A stretch of 64,000 nucleotides of DNA. Source: an uncultured Methanospirillum sp. Lineage in GTDB: Archaea; Halobacteriota; Methanomicrobia; Methanomicrobiales; Methanospirillaceae. The stretch spans positions 3,703-67,702 of the forward strand of contig CAZCSN010000007.1 of NCBI GenBank assembly GCA_964501255.1. Direction: 5' to 3'. Below are positions 1-9,939 of this stretch, in pieces. Position 1 is the stretch's first letter. Every line of letters begins with the position of its first letter. Under the pieces are notes generated by a model, which did not search any database, was not told where the DNA came from, and saw only the letters and a program-made list of their open reading frames with translations. Both the position numbers and the translations under genes were made by a program.

Positions 1-494
1 AACCTAGGCCTCTTCCATTCAATATATGCAAGGATTGCAAAGAGGAGAAGGACGGTAAAGAAGAGCTGGAATATATCATGCCGGAGGAACCGGGAAAAAA
101 ACACCATATCCGGAGAGAACGCAAAAAACAAAGCCGCCCAGATTGCATGATTTCTCGGAAGCCAACCGGTCTTATGAATACCGTATATGAGCAGTATTAT
201 GGCTGATCCGAACAGTGCAGGTAATAGTCTGACAATAAGATCAGAATCACCAAAGATACGGAAGGCTCCTGCGGTCAGATAATACAGGAGTGGCCCGTGG
301 TACATGGGATCATACTGATACACCCCTTTTGTCAGGAGTTCATAACTGAACCATGCATGAATCGCTTCGTCATGGTGAAGGAGTTTAAAATTTGGGAGGA
401 TACATCGGAAGATACATCCTGCAAGAAAAATGATCCCGAAGATCAGTTCAACTGAACATTGTGCATATCGTTCCCGTACTACCTGAAGATTCAT
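1..494 (-). CDS. TIGR03663/Agl23-like membrane GT-C glycosyltransferase/flippase-associated protein (runs off the window)
   Basis: Manual translation from ATG at 494 gives MNLQVVRERY...LLHHDEAIHAWFSYELLTKGVYQYDPMYHGPLLYYL...FFSRFLRHD. The HHDEAIHAW and YDPxYHGP motifs are typical of the family. Not in the ORF track. Confidence 0.8.
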   Translation of the reverse strand, partial: MNLQVVRERYAQCSVELIFGIIFLAGCIFRCILPNFKLLHHDEAIHAWFSYELLTKGVYQYDPMYHGPLLYYLTAGAFRIFGDSDLIVRLLPALFGSAIILLIYGIHKTGWLPRNHAIWAALFFAFSPDMVFFSRFLRHDIFQLFFTVLLLFAILAYIEWKRPR

Positions 495-579
495 TGTTGC
501 GTAACCTCGGAAGGTATTCCGTACAGTATCATAGACAGGTATGTTCCTGTATGAAAAAAAGCGTTCAGTAGATAATTCT

Positions 580-677
580 CTCTCCCGTCCGCCCTCAATA
601 AAAGGAAAAGAAGGTATCTCCCTGAGGAGGTACTGTGGACGATATTGGGATTATTGCGGCTTGTCTGAAAAGCCGCC
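580..677 (-). terminator. Putative terminator region of tuf-rpsJ
   Basis: Minus-strand hairpin GCGGCTT-N7-AAGCCGC (656-676), then a pyrimidine run TTCTTTTCCTTTT (~599-612). Confidence 0.45.
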
Positions 678-687
678 CATATGTGTC

Positions 688-996
688 TCAGCTTTCAAGG
701 ACAATCTCAATACCGATGTCCTTTGGTACCTGGGTACGCATGAGCTGCCGGAGAGCACGTTCGTCTGCATCAAGATCAATGAGACGCTTGTGAACCCGCA
801 TCTGCCAGCGGTCCCATGTAGCTGTCCCTTCCCCATCCGGACTTTTTCTGATGGGTACCACGAGTTTTCTGGTTGGAAGGGGAATAGGACCGGCCAGATT
901 AACACCGGTCCGCTCAGCGATCTCCTTAATCTTTTCGCACACTTCTTCTACTTTCTGATAGTCGGTTCCGGTGAGTCGGATTCTGGCCTTCTGCAT
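688..996 (-). CDS. rpsJ: 30S ribosomal protein S10 (uS10)
   Basis: KARIRLTG...GPIPLPT...RKSPDGEG...RVHKRLID; directly downstream of tuf. Confidence 0.98.
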   Translation of the reverse strand: MQKARIRLTGTDYQKVEEVCEKIKEIAERTGVNLAGPIPLPTRKLVVPIRKSPDGEGTATWDRWQMRVHKRLIDLDADERALRQLMRTQVPKDIGIEIVLES

Positions 997-1014
997 GATA
1001 ACACCGAATATCTA

Positions 1015-2292
1015 TCAGCGCATCTGCTTCTTGACGACGTCGATACACATTCCGGCAGCAATGGTCTGACCCATATCACGGATTGCAAACCGTCCAAGCT
1101 GTGGGAATTCCTTGGCGTTCTCAAGGCAGAGCGGCTTGGTCGGGTGGCACTTGATAATTGCTGCATCTCCGGCCTTCAGAAAGGTCGGGTTCTCTTCAAG
1201 GGTCTGACCGGTACGTGGGTCAAGCTTCTTGACGAGTTCAGTGAAGGTACAGGCGGTCTGTGCAGTGGGGCTGTGGAAGACCGGGGTGTCTCCGCCGCGG
1301 ATTGCACGTGGGTGCTGGAGCACGACGATCTGTGCAGTAAATTCTTCTGCGACTGCCGGCGGGTTGTCTGATGCACCACAGACATCACCACGGCGGACAT
1401 CATCCTTTCCGATACCACGGACGTTGAACCCGATGTTGTCACCAGGAACTGCCTGTGGAATTTCTTCATGGTGCATCTCAATGGACTTGACTTCTCCTGA
1501 CTTGTTTGCCGGCATGAAGGTAACGTTCATACCTTTCTTGAGGATACCGGTTTCAACACGGCCGACCGGAACTGTTCCGATACCGGAGATGGAGTATGCA
1601 TCCTGGATTGGGACACGGAGCGGCTTGTCTGTTGGCTTGTCCGGAACTTCAAGCTCATCAAGCAGCTGGAAGAGCGGCTTGCCCTTGTACCACGGCATCT
1701 TGTCAGAGTTCTTGGTGATGTTGTCACCCTCGAATGCACTGATCGGGATGAATTTGACGGTGTCAGGGTTGGTTCCGACCATCTTGAGGAGGTTTCCGAC
1801 ATCGGTCTTGACCTGGTTGAACCTGGCCTCATCGTAGTTGGCTGCATCCATCTTGTTGATGGCAACAATCAGCTGCTTGATACCAAGGGTCTTGGACAGG
1901 AACACGTGCTCCTTGGTCTGTTCCATGACACCATCAGGTGCTGCAACGACAATGATTGCTGCATCTGCCTGTGAGGCACCGGTGATCATGTTCTTGACAA
2001 AGTCTCTGTGTCCCGGGCAGTCCACGACAGTAAAGTAGTACTTGTCGGTGTCGAAACGCTTGTGAGCGATATCAATGGTGATACAACGCTCACGCTCTTC
2101 CTTCAGGTTGTCCATACCCCAGGCAAAAGCGAATGAACCATTCCCCTTTGATTCTGCTTGCGTCTTGTACTGTTCGATGATGTGTGCCGGAACGGCTCCG
2201 GCTTCGTACATCAGTCTGCCGACGGTCGTTGACTTACCATGGTCGATGTGACCAATAACAGCGAGGTTAATGTGGGGCTTTTCAGTTGCCAT
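1015..2292 (-). CDS. tuf: Translation elongation factor EF-1alpha
   Basis: [30 protein letters not shown]; GGAGGA SD-like sequence upstream. Confidence 0.98.
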   Translation of the reverse strand: MATEKPHINLAVIGHIDHGKSTTVGRLMYEAGAVPAHIIEQYKTQAESKGNGSFAFAWGMDNLKEERERCITIDIAHKRFDTDKYYFTVVDCPGHRDFVKNMITGASQADAAIIVVAAPDGVMEQTKEHVFLSKTLGIKQLIVAINKMDAANYDEARFNQVKTDVGNLLKMVGTNPDTVKFIPISAFEGDNITKNSDKMPWYKGKPLFQLLDELEVPDKPTDKPLRVPIQDAYSISGIGTVPVGRVETGILKKGMNVTFMPANKSGEVKSIEMHHEEIPQAVPGDNIGFNVRGIGKDDVRRGDVCGASDNPPAVAEEFTAQIVVLQHPRAIRGGDTPVFHSPTAQTACTFTELVKKLDPRTGQTLEENPTFLKAGDAAIIKCHPTKPLCLENAKEFPQLGRFAIRDMGQTIAAGMCIDVVKKQMR

Positions 2293-2474
2293 ATATACAA
2301 ATCCTCCAATACCTCCGCACGATATCAGAACTGCAAAGCACAGCCCGGTTATGCGAGTATTACATATTTGATAGAAGTCCTTTTAATATTTTTCACTATG
2401 GATCTCATGCGGTTTGAATGGCTTATTCTCTCTTATCAGAAGGGAAACGAAGTGATTAATAGGTTTTCAGGGGA

Positions 2475-2798
2475 ATGATCAGATTACGAATGAAGACTAT
2501 TCCGATTCTCCGGGAACAGAATTCTGATAAGGCGTATGTGGAATGCGCCTCTGGAAAACTGCCAGTGCACACAAGGTGCTCATATTGCATGAATTGTAAA
2601 GGAATTCAGGTAGGGGCGCGGGTTATGCCTTCTCCATATGAGAATGCCTTTTCTCAGATGAGAGGCAATGCTGCACCCCCGGAGATACTCATGGAAGCGG
2701 CAATGCAGTTTAACAGCCTGGTCCGCGACGGGTCTGCCGTGGCCTGTGATGACGAAAAAGGGCAGGGGTATACCCCCCGGTTCAGGACCCGGGGTTGA
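2475..2798 (+). CDS. Hypothetical Cys-containing protein (possible metal binding)
   Basis: VEC...RCSYCMNC...VAC motifs; divergent from tuf; start may be 2490. Confidence 0.65.
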   Translation: MIRLRMKTIPILREQNSDKAYVECASGKLPVHTRCSYCMNCKGIQVGARVMPSPYENAFSQMRGNAAPPEILMEAAMQFNSLVRDGSAVACDDEKGQGYTPRFRTRG

Positions 2799-2832
2799 AC
2801 GTCCGGTCACCGGCTCTCATATTTTCCCCGCA

Positions 2833-3564
2833 TCAGGCAAGGATGATGGCGAGCGTGGTAAGAAGAGCACAGCGGCTTATCTCTCCACTGGCACCGGTCA
2901 CATCCCCATTAACACCACCAAACAACCGATAGGCTAGAGCTCGCATACCCAGGGGAATCACCACCAGCACAAGAGCAGCACCTGCCTTTGCCACACCAGG
3001 AAGCGGGAGCAGAAATGCAGGGATAAGGAGCAGGGTTGCGGGAATAACAAACCACTTTCTGGAATGTTTATAGAGTGCCGCATGAAGCCCCTCGTGGAAT
3101 GGTCTTCCATACGCGGTTAGTATCGCCATAGTCCATTTCCCGCCTGCCTCGGCAAGAATGAGTGCAGATGCGGCCGTCAGTGCCTGATGAAATGAGCTGA
3201 GCGAAGCGACGGTCAGAAGCGTTATCATCATACCAAGAGCCAGTGCTCCGGTACCCGTCTGCCGATCTGTCAGTGCACGGATGCGTTTCTCCCGGGATCC
3301 GTGTGCCATAAGCCCGTCACCAAAATCCAGAAGACCGTCCAGATGATTGGCACCGGAGACAAGGAGGACTAATCCGGTTGCCAATACTGCCAGAACAAAT
3401 GCCGGAGCAGGGAGCAGAAGGAGTACTGCCGCTCCGATCCCTCCCGTGATATATCCGGCAAGAGGATATAGCCAGGTATTTCGTGCAAACGCTTCAAACG
3501 GGACTGTTTTTCCAATGGGGAGGACCGTCGTGAACTGGAGCAGTGCCCTGACAGGCTCAATCAT
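2833..3564 (-). CDS. cobS: Adenosylcobinamide-GDP ribazoletransferase (cobalamin synthase)
   Basis: FTTVLP, SGANHLDGLLDFGDG, FGGVNGDVTGA; multiple TM segments. Confidence 0.93.
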   Translation of the reverse strand: MIEPVRALLQFTTVLPIGKTVPFEAFARNTWLYPLAGYITGGIGAAVLLLLPAPAFVLAVLATGLVLLVSGANHLDGLLDFGDGLMAHGSREKRIRALTDRQTGTGALALGMMITLLTVASLSSFHQALTAASALILAEAGGKWTMAILTAYGRPFHEGLHAALYKHSRKWFVIPATLLLIPAFLLPLPGVAKAGAALVLVVIPLGMRALAYRLFGGVNGDVTGASGEISRCALLTTLAIILA

Positions 3565-3649
3565 GACTGCTCATACATGTGAATCAGGCAGATATGGGTT
3601 TATGGGAAGAACCGGGAGGTTCATGGTGGATTCAGGGTAACAGTTTTTC

Positions 3650-4657
3650 ATGGCATTTCTCTCCCGTCCTCATACTATACAACCAAAAAGACCCTTGTTT
3701 GTCGGTATACTCGCAAATACGATGCTTTCCACGGTCCCCGGACTATCGGGGGCAGGCCCAAGCCCGACGGGTTCCCTCCTTGTGCCGGTTCTGGATGCTG
3801 AACTTATCTGGCAGGGAAAAATCACCAGTTCAGATGCTACTCCGAACACACCGACCGGATGCCCAACCCCTGCTTCCATCACCCGTGCAGTCCTTGATCT
3901 GACCGGCATTACACCTCTTTTTATAAATGCCGGACTTGTTCACCGCCCGACCGTTCCGGTTCTGGATCTTATGGGATCAGCCGGTGGTGATCCACGGGAC
4001 GGGCCGGCGGTTCCTGATGCACGCCGTCTGTACGATGAAGGGGTCCGAATAGGAAGACTTCTGTCAGCCTATGATCTGCTCGTTGTTGGCGAATGCGTCC
4101 CTGGCGGTACGACGACTGCTTTGTGTGTCCTTCGAAGCCTTGGGTATGATGCAAAGGTAAGCAGCGCGGCGGTGACCAGTCCTGACTCGATGAAGGAAGC
4201 GGTTTACGCTGCGGTGGCCCGGCGGATCGGCCGGCCATTATCTGATCCCCTCGAGATCATCCGTGAGACCGGTGATCCGATGATGGCGGTTGCAGCAGGA
4301 CTTGCAGAAGGGTATTCAGGAACGCTCCTGCTTGCCGGCGGTACCCAGATGCTCGCCGTTGCAGCAATAATTAAGGCATGTGGCGGAAAACTTCCGGACG
4401 TTGTCACAACCGTGTACGTAAGGGACGACAAGGCGGCAAGCTGTGACAAGACGGCAGGTGACATCGGGGTTCCCATAACCTATGTGGATCCGGGTTTTGG
4501 AGCGATCGGGCATTCCGGTCTGGTACGCTACTGCATCGGTGAAGTAAAGGAGGGTATGGGGTGTGGCGGGGCAATGATGCTTGGTGCCCTGCTCGGCCAT
4601 AGCCCTGATGAGATAACCGGTGCGATCATCTCCTTTGTATCCGGCTACAGTCCCTGA
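3650..4657 (+). CDS. cobT: Archaeal nicotinate-mononucleotide:base phosphoribosyltransferase (TIGR00303-type CobT)
   Basis: VPGLSGAG, PTPASITRA, GECVPGGTTTA, LAGGTQM, VKEGMGCGG; divergent from cobS. Confidence 0.9.
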   Translation: MAFLSRPHTIQPKRPLFVGILANTMLSTVPGLSGAGPSPTGSLLVPVLDAELIWQGKITSSDATPNTPTGCPTPASITRAVLDLTGITPLFINAGLVHRPTVPVLDLMGSAGGDPRDGPAVPDARRLYDEGVRIGRLLSAYDLLVVGECVPGGTTTALCVLRSLGYDAKVSSAAVTSPDSMKEAVYAAVARRIGRPLSDPLEIIRETGDPMMAVAAGLAEGYSGTLLLAGGTQMLAVAAIIKACGGKLPDVVTTVYVRDDKAASCDKTAGDIGVPITYVDPGFGAIGHSGLVRYCIGEVKEGMGCGGAMMLGALLGHSPDEITGAIISFVSGYSP

Positions 4658-4693
4658 ATGCATATCTACTGACCGGTCTAAAATATAGGGCAG

Positions 4694-5260
4694 ATGCTCC
4701 CCTTATTTGTGGTCAATAATTATGGTCAGTTTAATCATCTCATTCTGAGGGCTCTTCGTGACCTGGATATCGATGCACAACTGATCCCCAATACCACGCC
4801 GGTTCATGAGGTTCGCGACGGATGCCAGGGCATCATTCTTGGTGGCGGTCCTGACATCACCCGTGCCGGTCTGTCTGGCGAATATGCCCGTCTGGATAAA
4901 CCGGTGCTTGGTATCTGTCTTGGTCTGCATGTGATTGCACAGGAGTTTGGTGGAACAGTGCAGTCAGGGCAGAAGGGCGGGTATGGAGCAGTAGAGGTAT
5001 CCATCATGGATCACGACGGTATTCTGCAGGGATATCCTGATACGATGCAGGTATGGGCATCCCATGCCGATGAGGTTGTCACCATGCCTGAAGAATTCAA
5101 ACGGCTTGCGACCTCGTCCATATGTGGAAATGAAGCCATTGCCCATGTGCATGCTCCCATATTTGGTATCCAGTGGCATCCGGAGGTCAGTCACACCTTT
5201 GAGGGGCACCGGGTCTTTGAGAATTTCTTTTCCATCTGCCAGGATCTGAACAGGCAATGA
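4694..5260 (+). CDS. guaAA: GMP synthase glutamine amidotransferase subunit A
   Basis: NNYGQFNHLI, GICLG, WASHADEV, GIQWHPEV. Confidence 0.92.
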   Translation: MLPLFVVNNYGQFNHLILRALRDLDIDAQLIPNTTPVHEVRDGCQGIILGGGPDITRAGLSGEYARLDKPVLGICLGLHVIAQEFGGTVQSGQKGGYGAVEVSIMDHDGILQGYPDTMQVWASHADEVVTMPEEFKRLATSSICGNEAIAHVHAPIFGIQWHPEVSHTFEGHRVFENFFSICQDLNRQ

Positions 5261-5796
5261 ACTGCGAACCATCCCTGGCCGATCAGATTCGCCGGACCGG
5301 TTTTTTCTGTACCCGGTGCGGATCCTGTTGCAGGGAGACTGAACCTGGGTCAAATCTGGTCATGGTAGGCCGTGAGGAGATATCAACAATTATGAAGAGT
5401 ACCGGCCTTTCATTTGAGGAGATTGTTGTGCCATATCCGGACCGGATTGTGGAGGGGGGTCGCACCTACACCTTTGGCTGGGTTCTTCGCAGGAATGGAG
5501 ACCGGTGTCAGTTCCTTAAAGAGTCTGGGTGTGCAATTTACGAGAGCCGCCCCTGGATATGCCGGACGTATCCGTTTATGCTTGACGAAGATGGTCTTTC
5601 GATTCATCCGTGTGCGGGGGGCGGCCGGAAGAGGGACTCTGCCGATGCAGTCGGTATTGCCTTTGATCTCTGCAGACGATATACATACGAGCAGGAACAG
5701 GACGAAAAAATCCGATCAGTACTCCAATCAGAGGTTATTCCGGCAGATCGGCCGGTGGTGATTGATACAGAAGGAATTTGGGAATATCATGGGTGA
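5257..5796 (+). CDS. YkgJ family CxxCxxCC Zn/Fe-chelating protein
   Basis: FFCTRCGSCC...CQFL...CAIYESRPWICRTYPF. Confidence 0.9.
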   Translation: MNCEPSLADQIRRTGFFCTRCGSCCRETEPGSNLVMVGREEISTIMKSTGLSFEEIVVPYPDRIVEGGRTYTFGWVLRRNGDRCQFLKESGCAIYESRPWICRTYPFMLDEDGLSIHPCAGGGRKRDSADAVGIAFDLCRRYTYEQEQDEKIRSVLQSEVIPADRPVVIDTEGIWEYHG

Positions 5797-6997
5797 AATC
5801 CGGATAATCGGGACAGCACATGTCTCACAAAAAAGTGTCGATGAAGTAAAGGAAGCGATTGATGAATGGCAGCCTGATGTGGTTGCAGTCGAACTGGATC
5901 AGGGCCGGTACCTTGCCCTGAAGCAGCAGCAGAAAAACCCGGAGATTGAAGATATCCTTCAGGCGAAAAACTTCACCCAGCTGCTGGTCCAGTGGATACT
6001 TGCCTACATTCAGCGCAGAATCGGTATGGATGTGGGAGTAGAGCCGGGAGCTGAGATGAAGGCTGCCATTGCCGCGGCGGAGGAGAAGCAGGTAAAACTT
6101 GCCTTAATTGACCGTGATATCCGCATGACGCTTCACCGGTTCTGGGCCTGTATGTCCCTCCTTGAGAAATTCAAGATGTTTTATGCGCTGATAGGGTCAA
6201 TCGCCGTCGCTGACAAAACCGGAGACCTCATCGATATTGAAGAGCTCAAGAAAGAGCATGTTGTTGAGGCTGCCATGGAGGAGTTTTACAAATACTCCCC
6301 CCGTGGTGCTGAAGCACTCATCGGCGAACGGGATGCATATATGTCCCATAATCTTCTTCGTCTTGCTGCTGCCAATGAGCGGGTGCTGGCGGTGGTTGGT
6401 GCCGGACACCGCAAGGGAATCGAGCGGTACCTCCAGAATCCTGAAACGCTTCCCCCGATTGACAGTCTTACCTCACAGATGAAAACCCGTCCCTGGGGTC
6501 TTATCTTTGGTATTGTAGTGACCGGCATTTTCGCACTGCTGCTGTTAGCCATTGTCTTTTCAGGAGTCGGGACCGAAGTGCTTCTCCAGGCACTCATTTA
6601 CTGGGTACTGATCCATGGGGTGCTCACATTTGTGTTCACCCTCATTGCAGGCGGCCACCCGATATCCGGTCTTGTAGGATTTCTGGTCAGTCCCCTGTCA
6701 TCTCTCCATCCGCTCATCGCCGCCGGATGGTTTTCAGCACTGGCAGAGGCAAAGATTCGAAAGCCTCGGGGATCTGACATCAGGAAGATCATGGAGGCGG
6801 AGTCCATCATGGAGATGCGAAATATTCCGCTCTTTAAGGTGGTGCTCGTTGCAGCACTTGCAAATGCCGGGTCGAGTATCGGAACGTTTGCGTATTTCAT
6901 ATTTATATTCCCCATCCTCGGGATTGATCCCAATGTCATCCTTGGGCAAGGGTTTGCAAATATGTGGGCGGCAGTCACGGGTCTGTTTGGCGGGTGA
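5789..6997 (+). CDS. TraB/PrgY/GumN family protein with C-terminal TM segments
   Basis: IIGTAHVS, VAVELD, ERDAYM, VVGAGH; start refined to MGEIRIIG. Confidence 0.9.
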   Translation: MGEIRIIGTAHVSQKSVDEVKEAIDEWQPDVVAVELDQGRYLALKQQQKNPEIEDILQAKNFTQLLVQWILAYIQRRIGMDVGVEPGAEMKAAIAAAEEKQVKLALIDRDIRMTLHRFWACMSLLEKFKMFYALIGSIAVADKTGDLIDIEELKKEHVVEAAMEEFYKYSPRGAEALIGERDAYMSHNLLRLAAANERVLAVVGAGHRKGIERYLQNPETLPPIDSLTSQMKTRPWGLIFGIVVTGIFALLLLAIVFSGVGTEVLLQALIYWVLIHGVLTFVFTLIAGGHPISGLVGFLVSPLSSLHPLIAAGWFSALAEAKIRKPRGSDIRKIMEAESIMEMRNIPLFKVVLVAALANAGSSIGTFAYFIFIFPILGIDPNVILGQGFANMWAAVTGLFGG

Positions 6998-7009
6998 ATT
7001 CCTGGGAAC

Positions 7010-7693
7010 ATGAAGATCGGTGCCCTGATATCCGGCGGAAAAGACTCGCTCTATGCTGCATGGCGGATGATGCAGACCGGGCATGAGATTGCATGTTTTA
7101 TCACGATAGAGTCACGCAATCCCGAGAGCTACATGTTCCATACCCCCAATATCGGACGTACCCGCCTTCAGGCAGAGGCGGCAGGTATCCCGCTTCTCGT
7201 CCAGGAGACGGACGGCCTTGAAGAGAAAGAGCTGGATGATCTGGCCATCGCAATTGTGCGGGCTGCACGGATATATGGTCTTGAAGGAGTTGTAACCGGT
7301 GCGATTCAGTCAGTATACCAGGCATCACGAATCGAGCGGATATGCCACACGGAAAATCTCTGGTGTTTCTCACCGTTATGGCTGTGTGATCAGGAGCAGT
7401 ACCTGAACGCTCTGGTATCAGACGGATTTGAAGTGATCATTGCAGGGGTATTTGCAGAGCCCCTTGATGAAACATGGCTGGGAACCCGCTTTGATCTCCC
7501 CTTCATAAGACGGATGAACCAGCTCAGTGCACAGTATCATGTCTCTTTGGCCGGGGAAGGGGGAGAGTATGAGAGTTTTGTATGCTATGCCCCGTTCTTT
7601 ACAAAGAGGATCACGATTCATGAGGCACATACCTGGTTTAATCATGGAGCCGGAGGGTATGTAATCACCCGTGCCGGACTGGATGACGTATGA
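7010..7693 (+). CDS. dph6: Diphthine-ammonia ligase (Dph6 family PP-loop ATPase)
   Basis: SGGKDS, SYMFH, TGAIQSVYQ, PLW, GEGGEYESFV. Confidence 0.9.
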   Translation: MKIGALISGGKDSLYAAWRMMQTGHEIACFITIESRNPESYMFHTPNIGRTRLQAEAAGIPLLVQETDGLEEKELDDLAIAIVRAARIYGLEGVVTGAIQSVYQASRIERICHTENLWCFSPLWLCDQEQYLNALVSDGFEVIIAGVFAEPLDETWLGTRFDLPFIRRMNQLSAQYHVSLAGEGGEYESFVCYAPFFTKRITIHEAHTWFNHGAGGYVITRAGLDDV

Positions 7694-8292
7694 TACTCAT
7701 CCTTGATATCACGCATCCCGGAATCACTGTTCTGTATGATGAATTTGTAGCACCGGTTGAGCGTATTGTACAGGCCTGTAATCATCCGGTTCGTGTTGTA
7801 CGAATAGATACGCTTCAGACTGTTGTTCATCGGTGCACTGGTCTTATCATCTGCGGGACTGCCCTTGCCGACTCCTGGTACAGAACGCAAGAACTGTTTC
7901 CCCTTTTGGGCGGATGGACAGGTCCGGTTCTCGGTATCTGTGCCGGGATGCAGATGCTTCTTTTAGAAACCGGCGGAACAGGAGTGCCTCTGACAGAGAT
8001 TGGGATGATTCCCATTCAGGTAACAGAAACCGGTACATGGGATATCCTGATGCAGGGAAAAGATGAGTTTTCAGGATATGCCCTGCATCAGTATACTGTA
8101 ACCCGTTCGCCGCTCTGGATGTCGCTTGCCAGATCCACCCTGACTGACCAGGTAGTCAGGCATTGTATTTATCCCTGGTACGGGGTGCTCTTTCATCCGG
8201 AGGTCCGGAATGAATGGATAATTGAGCGGTTTGTTGCCATGACCCGGTCAGTCGGACCGATTTCAGGTACCGGTGCAAAACAGGGACCATGA
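7690..8292 (+). CDS. Class I glutamine amidotransferase
   Basis: GICAGMQ (catalytic Cys) and FHPE (His-Glu); ATGA overlap with dph6. Confidence 0.85.
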   Translation: MILILDITHPGITVLYDEFVAPVERIVQACNHPVRVVRIDTLQTVVHRCTGLIICGTALADSWYRTQELFPLLGGWTGPVLGICAGMQMLLLETGGTGVPLTEIGMIPIQVTETGTWDILMQGKDEFSGYALHQYTVTRSPLWMSLARSTLTDQVVRHCIYPWYGVLFHPEVRNEWIIERFVAMTRSVGPISGTGAKQGP

Positions 8293-8293
8293 T

Positions 8294-9142
8294 ATGAATT
8301 CAGTCCAAATCTATTCTGATTTCATGTTCCATCCATCATATGTTATCCCACCGATGCATCTTCACGAGGAGATCCAATTACCCGCCGTCTATATCGTTGC
8401 CAGGACTGATGGTCTGCTTGTGGAGGGGCCTTCCGGATTCATCTTCCCAGAAATCCCTGATGCATTGACCGGAACGATACAGAGCAGGATCCCACTTGGC
8501 AATTATGACGGCCATTCCTGGATCGCACTTGGAATAGATGCGGACAGGGTCCCTCCCGGCTACACTGCTCATACCCTTCGGGAATGTGCAGGGAGGACCA
8601 CTGGTTCTCTTCCCGGTATTGCCTGTCGTGGTGTTCAGCTGATCCGGTTTGATACCCTCACCCGGTTTTGTGGATTCTGCGGATCCAAAACATCCATGAA
8701 GCAGGATGAGATCGCAAAAGTCTGCCCATCCTGTAAACGGATTGTATTTCCCCGCCTGTCACCTGCTGTCATCGTCAGGATAACCGATGGTCCCAAAATC
8801 CTCCTCTCCCGTTCTCCTCATTTTCCCAAAGGGATGTACAGTGTCCAGGCCGGGTTTGTTGAGCCTGGAGAATCCCTGGAAGCGGCAGTACACCGTGAGG
8901 TCAGGGAAGAGATCGGAATTGAAGTAACTGATATCAGGTATTTCGGTTCACAGCCCTGGCCGTTTCCGGACTCCCTGATGATTGGATTTACGGCCCGGTA
9001 TGCCGGAGGAGCGATTGAATCGGATATGAAGGAGATAGAGGATGTCCGATGGTTTACGAGATCAGATCTCCCGCTCCTTCCGGCACAAGACAGTATTGCA
9101 CATGGATTAATTCACGACTGGCTTGATTCCGGTCCTGTTTAA
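8294..9142 (+). CDS. nudC: NAD(H) diphosphatase NudC
   Basis: Zn ribbon CGFC...CPSC, Nudix box AGFVEPGESLEAAVHREVREEIG, SQPWPFPDSLM. Confidence 0.93.
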   Translation: MNSVQIYSDFMFHPSYVIPPMHLHEEIQLPAVYIVARTDGLLVEGPSGFIFPEIPDALTGTIQSRIPLGNYDGHSWIALGIDADRVPPGYTAHTLRECAGRTTGSLPGIACRGVQLIRFDTLTRFCGFCGSKTSMKQDEIAKVCPSCKRIVFPRLSPAVIVRITDGPKILLSRSPHFPKGMYSVQAGFVEPGESLEAAVHREVREEIGIEVTDIRYFGSQPWPFPDSLMIGFTARYAGGAIESDMKEIEDVRWFTRSDLPLLPAQDSIAHGLIHDWLDSGPV

Positions 9143-9840
9143 TCTTCCTCCCACCGGTGGGAAAGGTTCTCACTTGCTGATATGACATAGTGGGGGACTT
9201 CAGAGATGATGACGAGTAATATGTTATGTGAGCAGTAGGGGCATTTTCCGGCCCGAAGCGACTTCATCTCCATCATCTCCTCTGAACTCAGTGACCGGTA
9301 ATCAACAATCTCTCCCGACGTATGCGGAAGGTTGATCAGCACTGCCGGGCTGAACTGGTGATGACACCGCTGACAGAACCCCCACAGACCATACTGAATA
9401 ATGATTCGCGTGATACCCTGTTCATCAAGTTCATGAATGACCGGGTGATTCCAGTAAAAGAGGGGGAATTTTCTCACGGCAACAGGCAATCCTGCATAGA
9501 CCTTTAATTTGGGAACCTCTGAGCGGGTCTGATACCCTCCCGGAATATGCAGGACCACCTGGCACTGCATACACATCGTCTCCCCACCAAGAATAGGATC
9601 AAGCTCTGAGAGGTCAACCGTGTTTAAAACACTACAGATGGGGCATGGAAAAACAATGGAGTTATGAACAAATTTTACGTCGTTTGTGGTCCGGTTCAGG
9701 GGTATTTTCACTTTTTTTGCCGGAGGACAGGGAGGGGTGGATGCGGCCTTTGTGCTGCGGAGTTGTTCTTTCTTCTGCGGCTCTGTCGCACAGGGATGTT
9801 CCGCCTCAGCATCTGATTTTCTTCTGCTCCAAAATCCCAT
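9139..9840 (-). CDS. Hypothetical protein with four CxxC motifs (double Zn-ribbon-like)
   Basis: CPIC, CMQC, CQRC, CPYC; start refined to MGFWSRRK. Confidence 0.7.
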   Translation of the reverse strand: MGFWSRRKSDAEAEHPCATEPQKKEQLRSTKAASTPPCPPAKKVKIPLNRTTNDVKFVHNSIVFPCPICSVLNTVDLSELDPILGGETMCMQCQVVLHIPGGYQTRSEVPKLKVYAGLPVAVRKFPLFYWNHPVIHELDEQGITRIIIQYGLWGFCQRCHHQFSPAVLINLPHTSGEIVDYRSLSSEEMMEMKSLRAGKCPYCSHNILLVIISEVPHYVISASENLSHRWEED

Positions 9841-9939
9841 CTTCCCCACCGTTTTGTCTGTACCCTGATGGTTAATAGCACGGGGAGAGGTAAGTAAGTA
9901 TCCCTGGCAATTCAGATTGAGATCAGTAAACAAGAACGC

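Noticed and set aside
560-687. Possible tRNA after rpsJ, as found in some archaea
   Set aside because: Only simple hairpins; no TTCG/A T-loop or cloverleaf
541-1371. 276-aa plus-strand ORF and other long ORFs antisense to tuf/rpsJ
   Set aside because: Shadow ORFs caused by the strong codon bias of highly expressed genes; no motifs
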